This document shows, piece by piece, positions 8,982 through 17,921 of a stretch of DNA of 30,949 nucleotides. Below the pieces are notes generated by a model. That model saw nothing but the letters and a program-made list of their open reading frames with translations. It ran no database searches and was not told the DNA's origin. Source of the DNA: a virus; the UHGV virus genome UHGV-1530050; one strand, 5' to 3'. The stretch's first letter is position 1. The number at the start of each line of letters is the position of its first letter. Made by a program: the position numbers and the translations under genes.

Positions 8982-9882
8982 CCGAGCCCCCGATAGTTAT
9001 CTGGTACTCCGTGCAGTTCGACGCCTGCGACTTACTCAGCACAATGTCGGCCTGCGGTGATGCCAGCTCGACACGCTGAACCCCCTCAACATGCAGCGCC
9101 GCGTAAATGGCCGACAGACGGATATCACGCCCGAGGCGGTGCTGCGCGCTGATGTAGCTCTGCAGCTTCTGCTCTGATGCCTGCCTGATGGGCTCAGATT
9201 CGGGGCCGGGGTAAACGTAGAGCGTCGCGTCAATCTGGTACGGCACAATCTCGGCTGACTGGACAGTAACCCGGTCGGCCACCGGGCGCACATCCTCGGC
9301 ATTAAGCGCCTTTTCAACGATTGCCAGTAACTCAGGGCTGGCGGTGCCGTCATCCTCGCGAGATAGCACGGTAATCGTCACGCAGGCTGGCGACGGGCTT
9401 GCGACCGAAACATCAGCGACCCGCCCGTCGGCGCTGCGACCGTGATACTCATATGCGCCGACCGGCCCCGCCACGCTCAAGCCCTCAAACGCCTGTTGCG
9501 TGCGCAGACGCAGGTCGGTATCGGATTCCATAACGGCAGGTGTCGGCGGAATGGTGGTGTCATCCGCCGGGGTGATGGTCAGACGTTCGGTATTGTTGTT
9601 CCCTGCCACGACGTCGAGGTCGTTACCGGCGGAATAGGCCAGCGTCACCGCCTGCGCGGCTTCGTTCACCCGCTGACGCCAGATAACTTCACGGTAGGCG
9701 TTTTCCTGCAGCAGCTTAACAATCGGCTCTGACTCAAGCGCCAGTGTCCGGGCAATGGCCTCCTGCTGGTCTTCGGGATAGAGCGAAATCAGCGTCGCAA
9801 TGCGTTCCGCAAGGATAGTTTCATAGTCCAGTTCCTCAACCACATCGGGAACGGGTAACTGACTCAGGTCAACGGTTGCCAT
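8974..9882 (-). CDS. J: Baseplate assembly protein J
   Basis: 302 aa; P2 gpJ-like sequence and position. Confidence 0.9.
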   Translation of the reverse strand: MATVDLSQLPVPDVVEELDYETILAERIATLISLYPEDQQEAIARTLALESEPIVKLLQENAYREVIWRQRVNEAAQAVTLAYSAGNDLDVVAGNNNTERLTITPADDTTIPPTPAVMESDTDLRLRTQQAFEGLSVAGPVGAYEYHGRSADGRVADVSVASPSPACVTITVLSREDDGTASPELLAIVEKALNAEDVRPVADRVTVQSAEIVPYQIDATLYVYPGPESEPIRQASEQKLQSYISAQHRLGRDIRLSAIYAALHVEGVQRVELASPQADIVLSKSQASNCTEYQITIGGSDE

Positions 9883-9888
9883 AGTGAT

Positions 9889-10236
9889 TTAACTCAGTGA
9901 AACTGTGGTTGAAACTGACGCACCGGTATCGGTACGCATCCCGGTAATATCGACATACATTTCGCCAGCGTCGCCGGTCTCAAAGCTGATGGCGGTAAGC
10001 CTGATGCGCGGCTCCCACTTCTGGATAGCCGAATAGCACGCCACCATAATTTGTAGCCTGAGCGCCGGGTTTTGCGGCATATCAATCAGCGCCGACAGAA
10101 GCGAGCCATATTCACGGCGCATCACCCGCGAGCCGACCGGCGTCAGCAGTATGTCGCGCATGCTCTGGCTGATGTGCTCAGTGTCGCTGATGCCGAGGCC
10201 GGTATTTCGGTTCATACCCTGATAGCGCGCCGTCAT
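9889..10236 (-). CDS. W: Baseplate wedge protein W (gp25-like)
   Basis: 115 aa; located between V and J. Confidence 0.9.
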   Translation of the reverse strand: MTARYQGMNRNTGLGISDTEHISQSMRDILLTPVGSRVMRREYGSLLSALIDMPQNPALRLQIMVACYSAIQKWEPRIRLTAISFETGDAGEMYVDITGMRTDTGASVSTTVSLS

Positions 10237-10874
10237 TTAGTGCCCTCCGTCCAGCTCCCGCCCCGTTGCACGCCACCGTGACCGTGGTCATCAACCTGCA
10301 CACCGTTTGATTTCAACGTGCCGCCAGTATGTTCGATGTTTCCCCGCATGGTGCCGCCTTTCTGCACCTCAAGCGTCGCCGTCGTCAGTTTGTTGGTGCA
10401 GACCACCTCCGGGCTGTCGAGGGTGATGCGGGTTTCTGCTTTCACAAGCACCACCGGCACAGTGGCGGTGATGGACTCCGATGCCGTCACATCAGCAGTC
10501 TTAATGCCACTGACCGTCAGCGCACCGGTTTCCGGCTCATACTCCATAACCGCGCCATCAGGGAACACCACATGCCACGCATCCGCCGAGGCAGACGGGG
10601 CGGGGTTATCGTCTGAGAAAATCCCCGGCAGCACGAAAGCGGTATCAAGCTCGCCACCAATCGCCAGCAGCAGTACCTGCTCACCGACCGAGGGAGCCCA
10701 CCATGTACGCGAACGACCGGCGCGGGTAGTAAGCCAGTTCAGCCATGTAGTCTGGATCCCGCCGCTTTGTACGCGGCACAGCCCCTGCACGGTATCGACC
10801 TCAGTCACCACACCTGAGCGGATGAGATTGCGAATTGCACGAGCTAGTTCTTGAATGCTGTTTAGTGTGTTCAT
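10233..10874 (-). CDS. V: Baseplate spike/assembly protein V
   Basis: 213 aa; P2 gpV-like; first gene of the V-W-J-I-H-G operon. Confidence 0.9.
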   Translation of the reverse strand: MNTLNSIQELARAIRNLIRSGVVTEVDTVQGLCRVQSGGIQTTWLNWLTTRAGRSRTWWAPSVGEQVLLLAIGGELDTAFVLPGIFSDDNPAPSASADAWHVVFPDGAVMEYEPETGALTVSGIKTADVTASESITATVPVVLVKAETRITLDSPEVVCTNKLTTATLEVQKGGTMRGNIEHTGGTLKSNGVQVDDHGHGGVQRGGSWTEGTK

Positions 10875-11062
10875 GTAGCAAGAATGACGCAGTTAAAGCT
10901 ATGGGGCTACCGAGGGAAAATTGTTCAGCAATGGGACAACAAACATCGAGGTCTAGACCTTAAAAAAACAGCCTTGTTCTAGATCGCCCTTCCAATTACA
11001 CTTGATTTAATCTCGACAGAGATGGAATTCTAAATGGCTAGCTTATAATTCAGGATTGAAAA

Positions 11063-11926
11063 ATGGAAGAATCTAAAAGAATACGCCAATTAAAAGAAAA
11101 CCTCATAAAGGAACTACCTTTCTTTCCAAATGAAAAATCAATACGCACTGAACTAGAAAATCAAAGTTTAAATGGGGTTTTAATCGCTTACCTCCACTGG
11201 AAAACAAGAATTGTGCCGACCCGCAGAAGGAGAGTTCATATATATCCAGAGGTAACGAGCGATAAAAGATGGAAAGAACTAAAACTTGGTATTCATGGGT
11301 TACTGGATAAGGTCAGAAAAGGTGAAGACTTATACCCTCATCTTTCATTGCGCGCACATAAGTATGGCTACACTCCTGTTGAAAGAATTCGTAATGGAGA
11401 TGCTGATTCATGGGAAGACAAAGATCAGTTATTAAATACGAAAGGTTTTCATCATTTTCATTTGAGCATGAATATTCAAAGTACAGGCTTGGCCGAAAGG
11501 ACAAATAATGTTCTTTTTGCCTTCGTTTCTCGCGACCAGTTTCGTGCTGTGGGGATATTTGATCATAGTGTATTTGATAAACCCGATAGTTTAAATGGCA
11601 TGACTGAGGAACGTGAAAGAATGTGGACCCTGCATGAAAAATACATCACATTCGGAATGAAAGCTGGCACAGTGTATATAAACAATCTGATAACAGCATC
11701 CGGGCATCCTGTAAATCTTATCATGCTCGCCGATCGTTATGCTGCAATCATCCGAGAATATGACCAGAAGGCGGAAGACAGAATTTTTGTAAATGAGCTT
11801 TATGCTCAAAGCCCACTTCCCTCTCCAGAAAGGTTTAAATTTGAGTGGCGCATAGAGGGTTTGGATCTTGTTCTTTTTGATAAAAAAAACAGAGTGGCCT
11901 TTAACGTCTACAAAGCTCACATTTAA
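11063..11926 (+). CDS. Hypothetical protein; AT-rich cargo gene in the S-V (P2 orf30) slot, antisense to the late genes
   Basis: 287 aa ORF with AGGA RBS 7 nt upstream; markedly lower GC than the flanking S and V genes; no motif I recognise. Confidence 0.6.
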   Translation: MEESKRIRQLKENLIKELPFFPNEKSIRTELENQSLNGVLIAYLHWKTRIVPTRRRRVHIYPEVTSDKRWKELKLGIHGLLDKVRKGEDLYPHLSLRAHKYGYTPVERIRNGDADSWEDKDQLLNTKGFHHFHLSMNIQSTGLAERTNNVLFAFVSRDQFRAVGIFDHSVFDKPDSLNGMTEERERMWTLHEKYITFGMKAGTVYINNLITASGHPVNLIMLADRYAAIIREYDQKAEDRIFVNELYAQSPLPSPERFKFEWRIEGLDLVLFDKKNRVAFNVYKAHI

Positions 11927-11982
11927 GCATGTGAATATATTTTTCTCTGTTGCTATTAAATTAGCAGCAGAGAATTAATCAA

Positions 11983-12435
11983 TTATCTTAGGAAAAGATA
12001 CTGTAAGACCACTTCCTCCATCAATGTCACTTCATCTTGGTTAAATCCGAGCAACGGGCGCGCCTCGTACTGCACATCGCGGCTGTTGCGGTTTGGCCGG
12101 TCTTTGAGGCCATACTGATGCACCCGCGCCATGCGTTGCACCCTGCCGGTAAACTCCACCACAGCCGAACTGTCGCTGCCTTTGGCTTTCATAAAACGAC
12201 TGGTGCGCAGTCTGGTGAACATCTCGCGCTTAATGCGGCCTTTCTTGCTCCGCACAGGCTGGCGCTTTCGCGCGGCATACGGGGTGCCGTCGGGTGCCTG
12301 CTGCCGCTTAATTCGCTGTTGCTGGCTGGCGCGCAGCTTTTTCGCAATCTCAGCCGCCATTTGACGACGCGCCGCCGGTGACAGGCTGGCAATCAGACCG
12401 GCAAGGCGCTCCTGCAGCACGGTTAACTCACTCAT
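11983..12435 (-). CDS. S: Tail completion protein S
   Basis: 150 aa; P2 gpS-like; overlaps the R stop. Confidence 0.85.
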   Translation of the reverse strand: MSELTVLQERLAGLIASLSPAARRQMAAEIAKKLRASQQQRIKRQQAPDGTPYAARKRQPVRSKKGRIKREMFTRLRTSRFMKAKGSDSSAVVEFTGRVQRMARVHQYGLKDRPNRNSRDVQYEARPLLGFNQDEVTLMEEVVLQYLFLR

Positions 12436-12895
12436 CCCACTTACTCACCAGCTCACCGTTAACGTACAGCTCGACCGGGCGCGTCACCGGCTCAGGCAGC
12501 GACGGTTCCGGCGCATAGCTGACGTGCAGTGCGCCGTCGACCTCTTTGACGAGCGTGCGCTCGGTGAGTCTCAGGCTGATACTGATATCGAGCGAATCGT
12601 CGTTATTGATATCAATCATCCAGGTGAATCCTTTCTCCCGCCCGTCGTCGGTGGTCATAATGTCCGGCTGATGTTCACGCAGCCACGCCTGCACCGGCAC
12701 GAATATCAAATCGAGGTCGCCGGTGAAGTCAGTCACCACCACGTTAAGCACGTACACTTTTTCAAACGACAGCGAGCTCGCCAGTCGGGAATCCGTATGC
12801 CCGTTATCAGCGAACAGGCGCAGCATATCGGGATTATTTCGGAGCTGCGGCACGGCGTTAATCAGCGCTTTGCGCAGGCTTTTGTGCTTCTGCAT
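12428..12895 (-). CDS. R: Tail completion protein R
   Basis: Start placed at the internal ATG (MQKHKSLRKAL...) preceded by an AGGA RBS; the ORF track extends to 12940. Confidence 0.75.
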   Translation of the reverse strand: MQKHKSLRKALINAVPQLRNNPDMLRLFADNGHTDSRLASSLSFEKVYVLNVVVTDFTGDLDLIFVPVQAWLREHQPDIMTTDDGREKGFTWMIDINNDDSLDISISLRLTERTLVKEVDGALHVSYAPEPSLPEPVTRPVELYVNGELVSKWDE

Positions 12896-13154
12896 CGAGT
12901 TCATCCTGACAGTGTTTGACGGTTTTGACCTGCAGCGCACAGGCAGTCAGCGCGCCCTCAAGACGGCGAATATCCGCGCTCAGGTCACCATTTGTTTTCG
13001 GGTCACTTCCCGGCATCGGGCAAAGGCTCACCTTCGGGCATCCGTTGACCACAATCACCGGCGCTGGCGCTGGCGCAGGCGGGGCGGGTGTGCAGCCGAC
13101 GCACAACATCAGGCAGAGCAGCGTTATACCACCGGCGAAAGGCTTCATTTTCAT
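12858..13154 (-). CDS. lysC: Outer-membrane spanin lipoprotein (LysC/Rz1-like o-spanin)
   Basis: 98 aa; signal peptide with lipobox-like LCVGC followed by a proline-rich PAPPAPAPAP stretch; overlaps the 3' part of the i-spanin gene in another frame. Confidence 0.6.
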   Translation of the reverse strand: MKMKPFAGGITLLCLMLCVGCTPAPPAPAPAPVIVVNGCPKVSLCPMPGSDPKTNGDLSADIRRLEGALTACALQVKTVKHCQDELDAEAQKPAQSAD

Positions 13155-13422
13155 TAAGTAACCTCGTTATCGTCTGCTCACGGCGGCTGGCTTCTGCGCT
13201 TGCCTTTGCGAGCTGTTCGCGCAGTGCCACCTGCGCGGATTCATTACGTCTGGCGAGCTGACCGGCAACACTGAGCTGATTTTTCAGCATGCCAATCGTC
13301 GTCTTTTGCTCGCTCGCGACACGGTTTGCCGTCTCAAAGGAGCGGGATAAATTGCCGTTCTCATGACGCAACCACAGCAGCCCGAGCACGGCCAGCACAA
13401 GCAGCGTTATCAGGACTTTCAT
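13003..13422 (-). CDS. lysB: Inner-membrane spanin (LysB/Rz-like i-spanin)
   Basis: Start set at MKVLITLLVLAVLGLLWL (N-terminal TM helix) followed by a coiled-coil-like region; ATGA overlap with the endolysin stop. Confidence 0.7.
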   Translation of the reverse strand: MKVLITLLVLAVLGLLWLRHENGNLSRSFETANRVASEQKTTIGMLKNQLSVAGQLARRNESAQVALREQLAKASAEASRREQTITRLLNENEAFRRWYNAALPDVVRRLHTRPACASASAGDCGQRMPEGEPLPDAGK

Positions 13423-13916
13423 GCCACCACCCCGCCAGCCGTGCGCCAGACAGTGACCAGTTTTTCGAGGCTGTGCTCGCGCTGGCCGTAACCGGCACCC
13501 GGTAATGACGCCCAGATATTGCGACAACGGGAAACAGCACGCTCAATACGCCCCGCCCGGATATCATCAATAGCGCCACGCTCCCGGATTAACTGGAGCG
13601 CGAGCTTGTCCTGCGACAGTGGGCTGAAATCAGGCAGTGAGAGCTGTTTTTTATAGTGCGGCCAGAACAGATAAAGCTGCTGGTAACGCCCCGATGCCGT
13701 GGATTTCTCGCCACGGCGATTAAACACTTTCGGTGGTCGGCCATGTGCGAAAGGGTGGTCGCTGTAATCGGTGAAAATCTCTGGCTTACCATCAAGGCCG
13801 GTGACAATGACGTCATAGCCACGGTTTTTCGTCAGCGGATGGTTCGCTGTTCCTTCGGAATACGCCAGCATGTCCAGAAAGGCGGCGATATTCTGGTGAG
13901 TATTAATGACCGGCAT
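13419..13916 (-). CDS. K: Endolysin (phage lysozyme, P2 K-like)
   Basis: Start set at MPVINTHQNIAAFLDMLAYSEGT... with an AGGGGA RBS; lysozyme-like sequence; located between holin and spanins. Confidence 0.85.
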   Translation of the reverse strand: MPVINTHQNIAAFLDMLAYSEGTANHPLTKNRGYDVIVTGLDGKPEIFTDYSDHPFAHGRPPKVFNRRGEKSTASGRYQQLYLFWPHYKKQLSLPDFSPLSQDKLALQLIRERGAIDDIRAGRIERAVSRCRNIWASLPGAGYGQREHSLEKLVTVWRTAGGVVA

Positions 13917-14199
13917 CGTCTTCCCCTTTCTGTGACTTAAAGCGGCGCTGTATGGCGATTTCCACCACCTGATAACCGGCAATGCCGAGCATGGATCCAA
14001 TCCCGCACACGGCAGGCAGTGACATATCAGGAAACTGCACCAGAACAACACCGGCGACCATCGAAACGAAACCGCCGAGCAGCATGCGTCCGACAAACAG
14101 GCGCGGGGTGATGGGCTCACCACCTGCCAGCACTTTCCCGACAACAATCATCACGCCAATCACAAACAGTGACAGGACGCCTTTTTCCCCTTCTGTCAT
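13903..14199 (-). CDS. Y: Holin (P2 Y-like)
   Basis: 98 aa, three hydrophobic segments, charged C-terminus; immediately upstream of the endolysin. Confidence 0.8.
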   Translation of the reverse strand: MTEGEKGVLSLFVIGVMIVVGKVLAGGEPITPRLFVGRMLLGGFVSMVAGVVLVQFPDMSLPAVCGIGSMLGIAGYQVVEIAIQRRFKSQKGEDDAGH

Positions 14200-14202
14200 G
14201 GT

Positions 14203-14406
14203 TTACTCCCAAAGATTGATAGTGTTAGTTACTGGTGAAGACGGCACATCGGGCAGGTCAATCTCCGTGCCATGCGGCAGAATGACACCCAGCTCAGACA
14301 GACCCGGATTAGCCTGCAGCACCGTCTCGACCACGCCCTCAGTGCGCCCGTAATACCGGGCGCAAATCGCATCGAGGGTGTCGCCCTGCATTGCCCTGAC
14401 TTTCAT
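14203..14406 (-). CDS. X: Tail protein X (LysM-like domain)
   Basis: Start set at MKVRAMQGDTLDAICARYYGRTEGVVETVL... (P2 X-like); its ATG shares one nt with the L stop (TGATG). Confidence 0.8.
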   Translation of the reverse strand: MKVRAMQGDTLDAICARYYGRTEGVVETVLQANPGLSELGVILPHGTEIDLPDVPSSPVTNTINLWE

Positions 14407-14912
14407 CAGAGCTGACCCACAATGCAGCGCGGCTTGTCCTGCAGACGCGCAACTGACCAGCGCATATCCCGCCACAGGTCATCAATGGTGGTTTCCACAC
14501 TGTCGGCTTTTTTGTCACCCTTGCCGGTGGCCTCAACGCCGCGATAGCGCTCATACAGGGTGGCGGTTGCCATCGCCGTCACGGCGCTCAGATAATGGAA
14601 AACACGCACATTCTCGCCGTCGATTTCCTCGGCAGGCACGTCGGCCAGTTGCTTAAACCCGGCGGCCGTCTGGCGCAGCCGGTAGTCATAAAGCTCCGCA
14701 TTGGTCTCGGCCATGCCGGTCTTGATGGCATTGCGCAGGCGCGCATCGGAAACCGTCTGCTCAAGGCGCATCAGTTCGCGCACGCGCTTCGGATCCACAT
14801 CAGGGAAAAAGAACGTGTTTTTAATCATTGCACCGCCCGTCTCCGGTGCGGGAATCACCACGCCCGATACGTCCTGCGGTTCGTCGGGCTGGTTCAGTAT
14901 CACTGTCGTCAT
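14406..14912 (-). CDS. L: Head completion/stabilisation protein L
   Basis: 168 aa; located after M as in P2. Confidence 0.85.
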   Translation of the reverse strand: MTTVILNQPDEPQDVSGVVIPAPETGGAMIKNTFFFPDVDPKRVRELMRLEQTVSDARLRNAIKTGMAETNAELYDYRLRQTAAGFKQLADVPAEEIDGENVRVFHYLSAVTAMATATLYERYRGVEATGKGDKKADSVETTIDDLWRDMRWSVARLQDKPRCIVGQL

Positions 14913-15004
14913 GACAACCTCATCAGGTTGGGCGGTGGACGCCGGTCGCCGTCAGGTCTTTACCTGCTTTGACCGGCGTGCCGCCCGGCTCGGGGAGCGT
15001 TCAG

Positions 15005-15754
15005 TTAACCGGCGGTTTTTGCCGCCTTTGGTGGACGCCCGCGCTTTGCTGCCGGTTTGCTGGCAGGTTTGCGCGTGCGCGGTTTAGTCGTTTTACGGAG
15101 TGCGGTCTCTGGCTTTGGCTTCAATGCCCGTTCCAGTCGCTCAATCTCCTTGCGCACACCGGCATTGCGGTCGAGCTGCATCGCGCGCTGAAACTGCGCC
15201 AGCGCCTCTGCATTCATACCGACATCACGCAGGGTCAGGCCTGTCACCTTATGCAGACGGGCGCGCACCATGTCGGGAACGTCAGCACCGTCGGTCAGGT
15301 CGATAGTGGTCTGCAGCCAGGAAAGGTCGACAGACTCACCGGCATCGCGCAGACGCTGCGCGGCAAGCGCCACCTCCTCAACCAGCATGTAAGGTGTTGT
15401 GCGGCGATGGTCAGAGGTGAGGCCGTATTTCAGCGCGTAGGGGGCAATTTCCAGCGCGCCAGCGATATCACCGGCATCGAGACGCCACAGCATGACGGTC
15501 ATGACAATGTCATCCTGCGCACCACGGCCATCAGCCAGTACACCGGCGACCCACGGCGCATAGAACGGCAGCAGCTCGCGCTTCTTCTCGGCTTTACGTT
15601 CGTTTGAACGGATGTTTTTTAACGTACGGCGGTCATCGGCCAGCTTAACCAGCATCTGCTCATAGGCAGTTGCATGGCGCAGCGGGGCTTGCTCCCGCTG
15701 CGCGGCTTGAGAGGCCGAGACCCGCATCATGTGACGCTGTGCGGGGCTCGTCAT
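15005..15754 (-). CDS. M: Terminase endonuclease (small) subunit M
   Basis: 249 aa with a basic Lys/Arg/Pro-rich C-terminal tail; located after N. Confidence 0.85.
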   Translation of the reverse strand: MTSPAQRHMMRVSASQAAQREQAPLRHATAYEQMLVKLADDRRTLKNIRSNERKAEKKRELLPFYAPWVAGVLADGRGAQDDIVMTVMLWRLDAGDIAGALEIAPYALKYGLTSDHRRTTPYMLVEEVALAAQRLRDAGESVDLSWLQTTIDLTDGADVPDMVRARLHKVTGLTLRDVGMNAEALAQFQRAMQLDRNAGVRKEIERLERALKPKPETALRKTTKPRTRKPASKPAAKRGRPPKAAKTAG

Positions 15755-15757
15755 GGT

Positions 15758-16825
15758 TTAGGCTCCGCTTTCCGGTGCTGCAGGTGCAGTGAAATCGCCC
15801 AGGGTGATGTTTTCCAGCAGGCACCCGGCGGCATACGCCTCGACCACATAGTCGATATTCATCGACTCGTAGTTTTCCACGCGGTCTTTTTTCGGGTTTT
15901 CATCAATGCTGCGGCGGTGGCTCTCATCCATGAAATAGATAGAGAGGTTTTCCAGTGTGGTCACTAACACGGCATTCGCCGGGAAGTACGGCACACGCAC
16001 AGCAGGCAGGTTGCCGATTCGCTTCTGGCTGATGATGATATCTGCCGCAAGCGCCTCGCTGTTTTCCTGCGGCTTGTTCACCAGCGGGAAATATTTGTCG
16101 GCAAGCAGCTTACGGCCAACGATGGCAACGAGTTTCGGGTCATCCTGATAAACCTCGTCAATCAGGTTGTTGGTCGCATCCATCACCAGCGCGTCGAGGT
16201 TCTCATAGTCGCCGTTTCGACCGACACGAATCACTGCCGAAACGACCTTACCGTCAGCATCGGTGATATTGCTCATCACACGCGTCGGGGCTTCATTGCG
16301 GTATTTCTGCAGCCAGCCGACGGCCACATCCTGCAGCATCGGATTTTTGGTGCGGTCAGAGGTGGCGGCACGGCTGGTACCGTTAAAACCGGCCATGATG
16401 AAATCGAGCGCCTGACGCTTGACAATGGCGTCGCGGATGCGGCGCTGGAAGTCCTGAAAACGCGCCCACAGGTCGAGGGTTTTATATTTCAGATGGAAGT
16501 CAAAGTTAATCTGGTCGCACTCGTACTTGTTGGACTCAAGCGCGGTGAAGTCTGCGGTCTTACGCTCATCATCGCCCGAGGTGTCGGTCGTGCTGGCGAT
16601 AGTACCGGTCACACCGACGCCGATTTTCTCACCCTTCATTTCTGCGACCGGCAGAATGTTAATCGTCTGCAGAAACGCGGACGACTCCTGCACTTTGTTC
16701 ATCAGCGTTTGCGTGACGGACGGCTCGACAGTGAATTTTTTACTGACATCATCAGTGCTGATGCCGTTCAGCTCAGCGACGCGGGTCAGATAGGCATTGA
16801 ACTTAAAACGGGTTTCCGGGCGCAT
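15758..16825 (-). CDS. N: Major capsid protein N
   Basis: 355 aa; P2 gpN-like sequence and position. Confidence 0.9.
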   Translation of the reverse strand: MRPETRFKFNAYLTRVAELNGISTDDVSKKFTVEPSVTQTLMNKVQESSAFLQTINILPVAEMKGEKIGVGVTGTIASTTDTSGDDERKTADFTALESNKYECDQINFDFHLKYKTLDLWARFQDFQRRIRDAIVKRQALDFIMAGFNGTSRAATSDRTKNPMLQDVAVGWLQKYRNEAPTRVMSNITDADGKVVSAVIRVGRNGDYENLDALVMDATNNLIDEVYQDDPKLVAIVGRKLLADKYFPLVNKPQENSEALAADIIISQKRIGNLPAVRVPYFPANAVLVTTLENLSIYFMDESHRRSIDENPKKDRVENYESMNIDYVVEAYAAGCLLENITLGDFTAPAAPESGA

Positions 16826-16901
16826 AGTATTTCCTGTTTGAAATTATCGGTTAGTCACTGCATCGGGCGGGGTTGCCGCCCGGGTTCTGGTTTGCGGCTT
16901 A

Positions 16902-17756
16902 TCAGCAGTCGGTCAGCAGCTCATCGCCACCACCGCCGCTGGCTTTCGTGCGTCGCGGCTGGCTGAAACTTTCGGTTTTATCGAGGGTAGTTTTCAGGTC
17001 GGAAAATGCCTGGCTGGTTTCTTCAACCTTGCCGGTCAGTTCCTGTTTAAAGGTGGCAAATGCGGTTTCCATATCGGAAAGGCGCTTATCCTGCGTAGTG
17101 AGGTTGGTCTGCACATGCTCGCTGACGGCGGTCACCGCTTCATGCACATCATTCATGCGCGCATCGTCGCTGACCTGTTTACGGCTGAAAATGGCTTTCA
17201 CCTTATCAGTCAGGGCGGTAAATACCGTTTCCGGCTGGTCTTCAAACTCAAGCTCCGCAAGCGTTGCCGCTGAAATCAGGTTTTCAGGGTTAGCCTTAAA
17301 GCGGTTAAGCGGGTTGTTTTTTGCATTGCGACAGAATTCGAGGTATTCGGTGCCGAGGCTTGCCGGGTCATCGGTCACAGCCAGACCAACGAGATAGCAT
17401 TTGCCGGTATTGGCAAAATTCGGCTGAATTTCCATTGAGGTGTAGACCTTCTGCAATTTTTTATTCATTGCAATCAGGTCATCGGTGGGGGTGATTTTAG
17501 CGAACAACGCCCATTTGCCGTTAAGCGCAGAGTCGTCGTCAATCTTCTCGGCTTTCAGCTCAACCACATCACCCAGGCGCTTAAAGTCGCCGTCAGGGAA
17601 AAGACCGCGAATATGCTCAAGATTGATGCGGCAACCGTAGACGCGCGGGTCAAACGTGTCGGCCATTTCCTGAATATCACTGGCGCTGATAATGCGCCCG
17701 TCGCAGGTATCACCCTCGACGCCGATACGAAAGAATTTTGAGACTTTTTTTGCCAT
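16902..17756 (-). CDS. O: Capsid scaffolding protein O
   Basis: 284 aa; divergent from P as in P2. Confidence 0.9.
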   Translation of the reverse strand: MAKKVSKFFRIGVEGDTCDGRIISASDIQEMADTFDPRVYGCRINLEHIRGLFPDGDFKRLGDVVELKAEKIDDDSALNGKWALFAKITPTDDLIAMNKKLQKVYTSMEIQPNFANTGKCYLVGLAVTDDPASLGTEYLEFCRNAKNNPLNRFKANPENLISAATLAELEFEDQPETVFTALTDKVKAIFSRKQVSDDARMNDVHEAVTAVSEHVQTNLTTQDKRLSDMETAFATFKQELTGKVEETSQAFSDLKTTLDKTESFSQPRRTKASGGGGDELLTDC

Positions 17757-17921
17757 TGTCAGGAGTCCTGAGGTTAGGGTTACTGGTCAACGCCAGTTTC
17801 CAGACTCAGGGCACGCCAGACCACTAACGACGGCTGGACAATCGCCCACACAACAGCACCTTAGCGAATCACTGACGGCCATTAAGTAGCCTTGCCCTGA
17901 ATCCACTACGGCGAGGCATCA

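Noticed and set aside
10922-10938. TGT-N11-ACA element upstream of V as a possible Ogr-binding late-promoter site
   Set aside because: P2 late promoters use TGT-N12-ACA centred near -55; the spacing here is 11 and the position is too close to the V start. I could not find a perfect match in the O/P or FI upstream regions either, so late promoters are not annotated.
10950-10984. Two TCTAGA palindromes (ggtctagacc, gttctagatc) between V and the S-V moron as a regulatory hairpin
   Set aside because: They are not followed by a U-tract and the pairing beyond the hexamer is poor; more likely incidental AT-rich intergenic sequence, although an operator role cannot be excluded.
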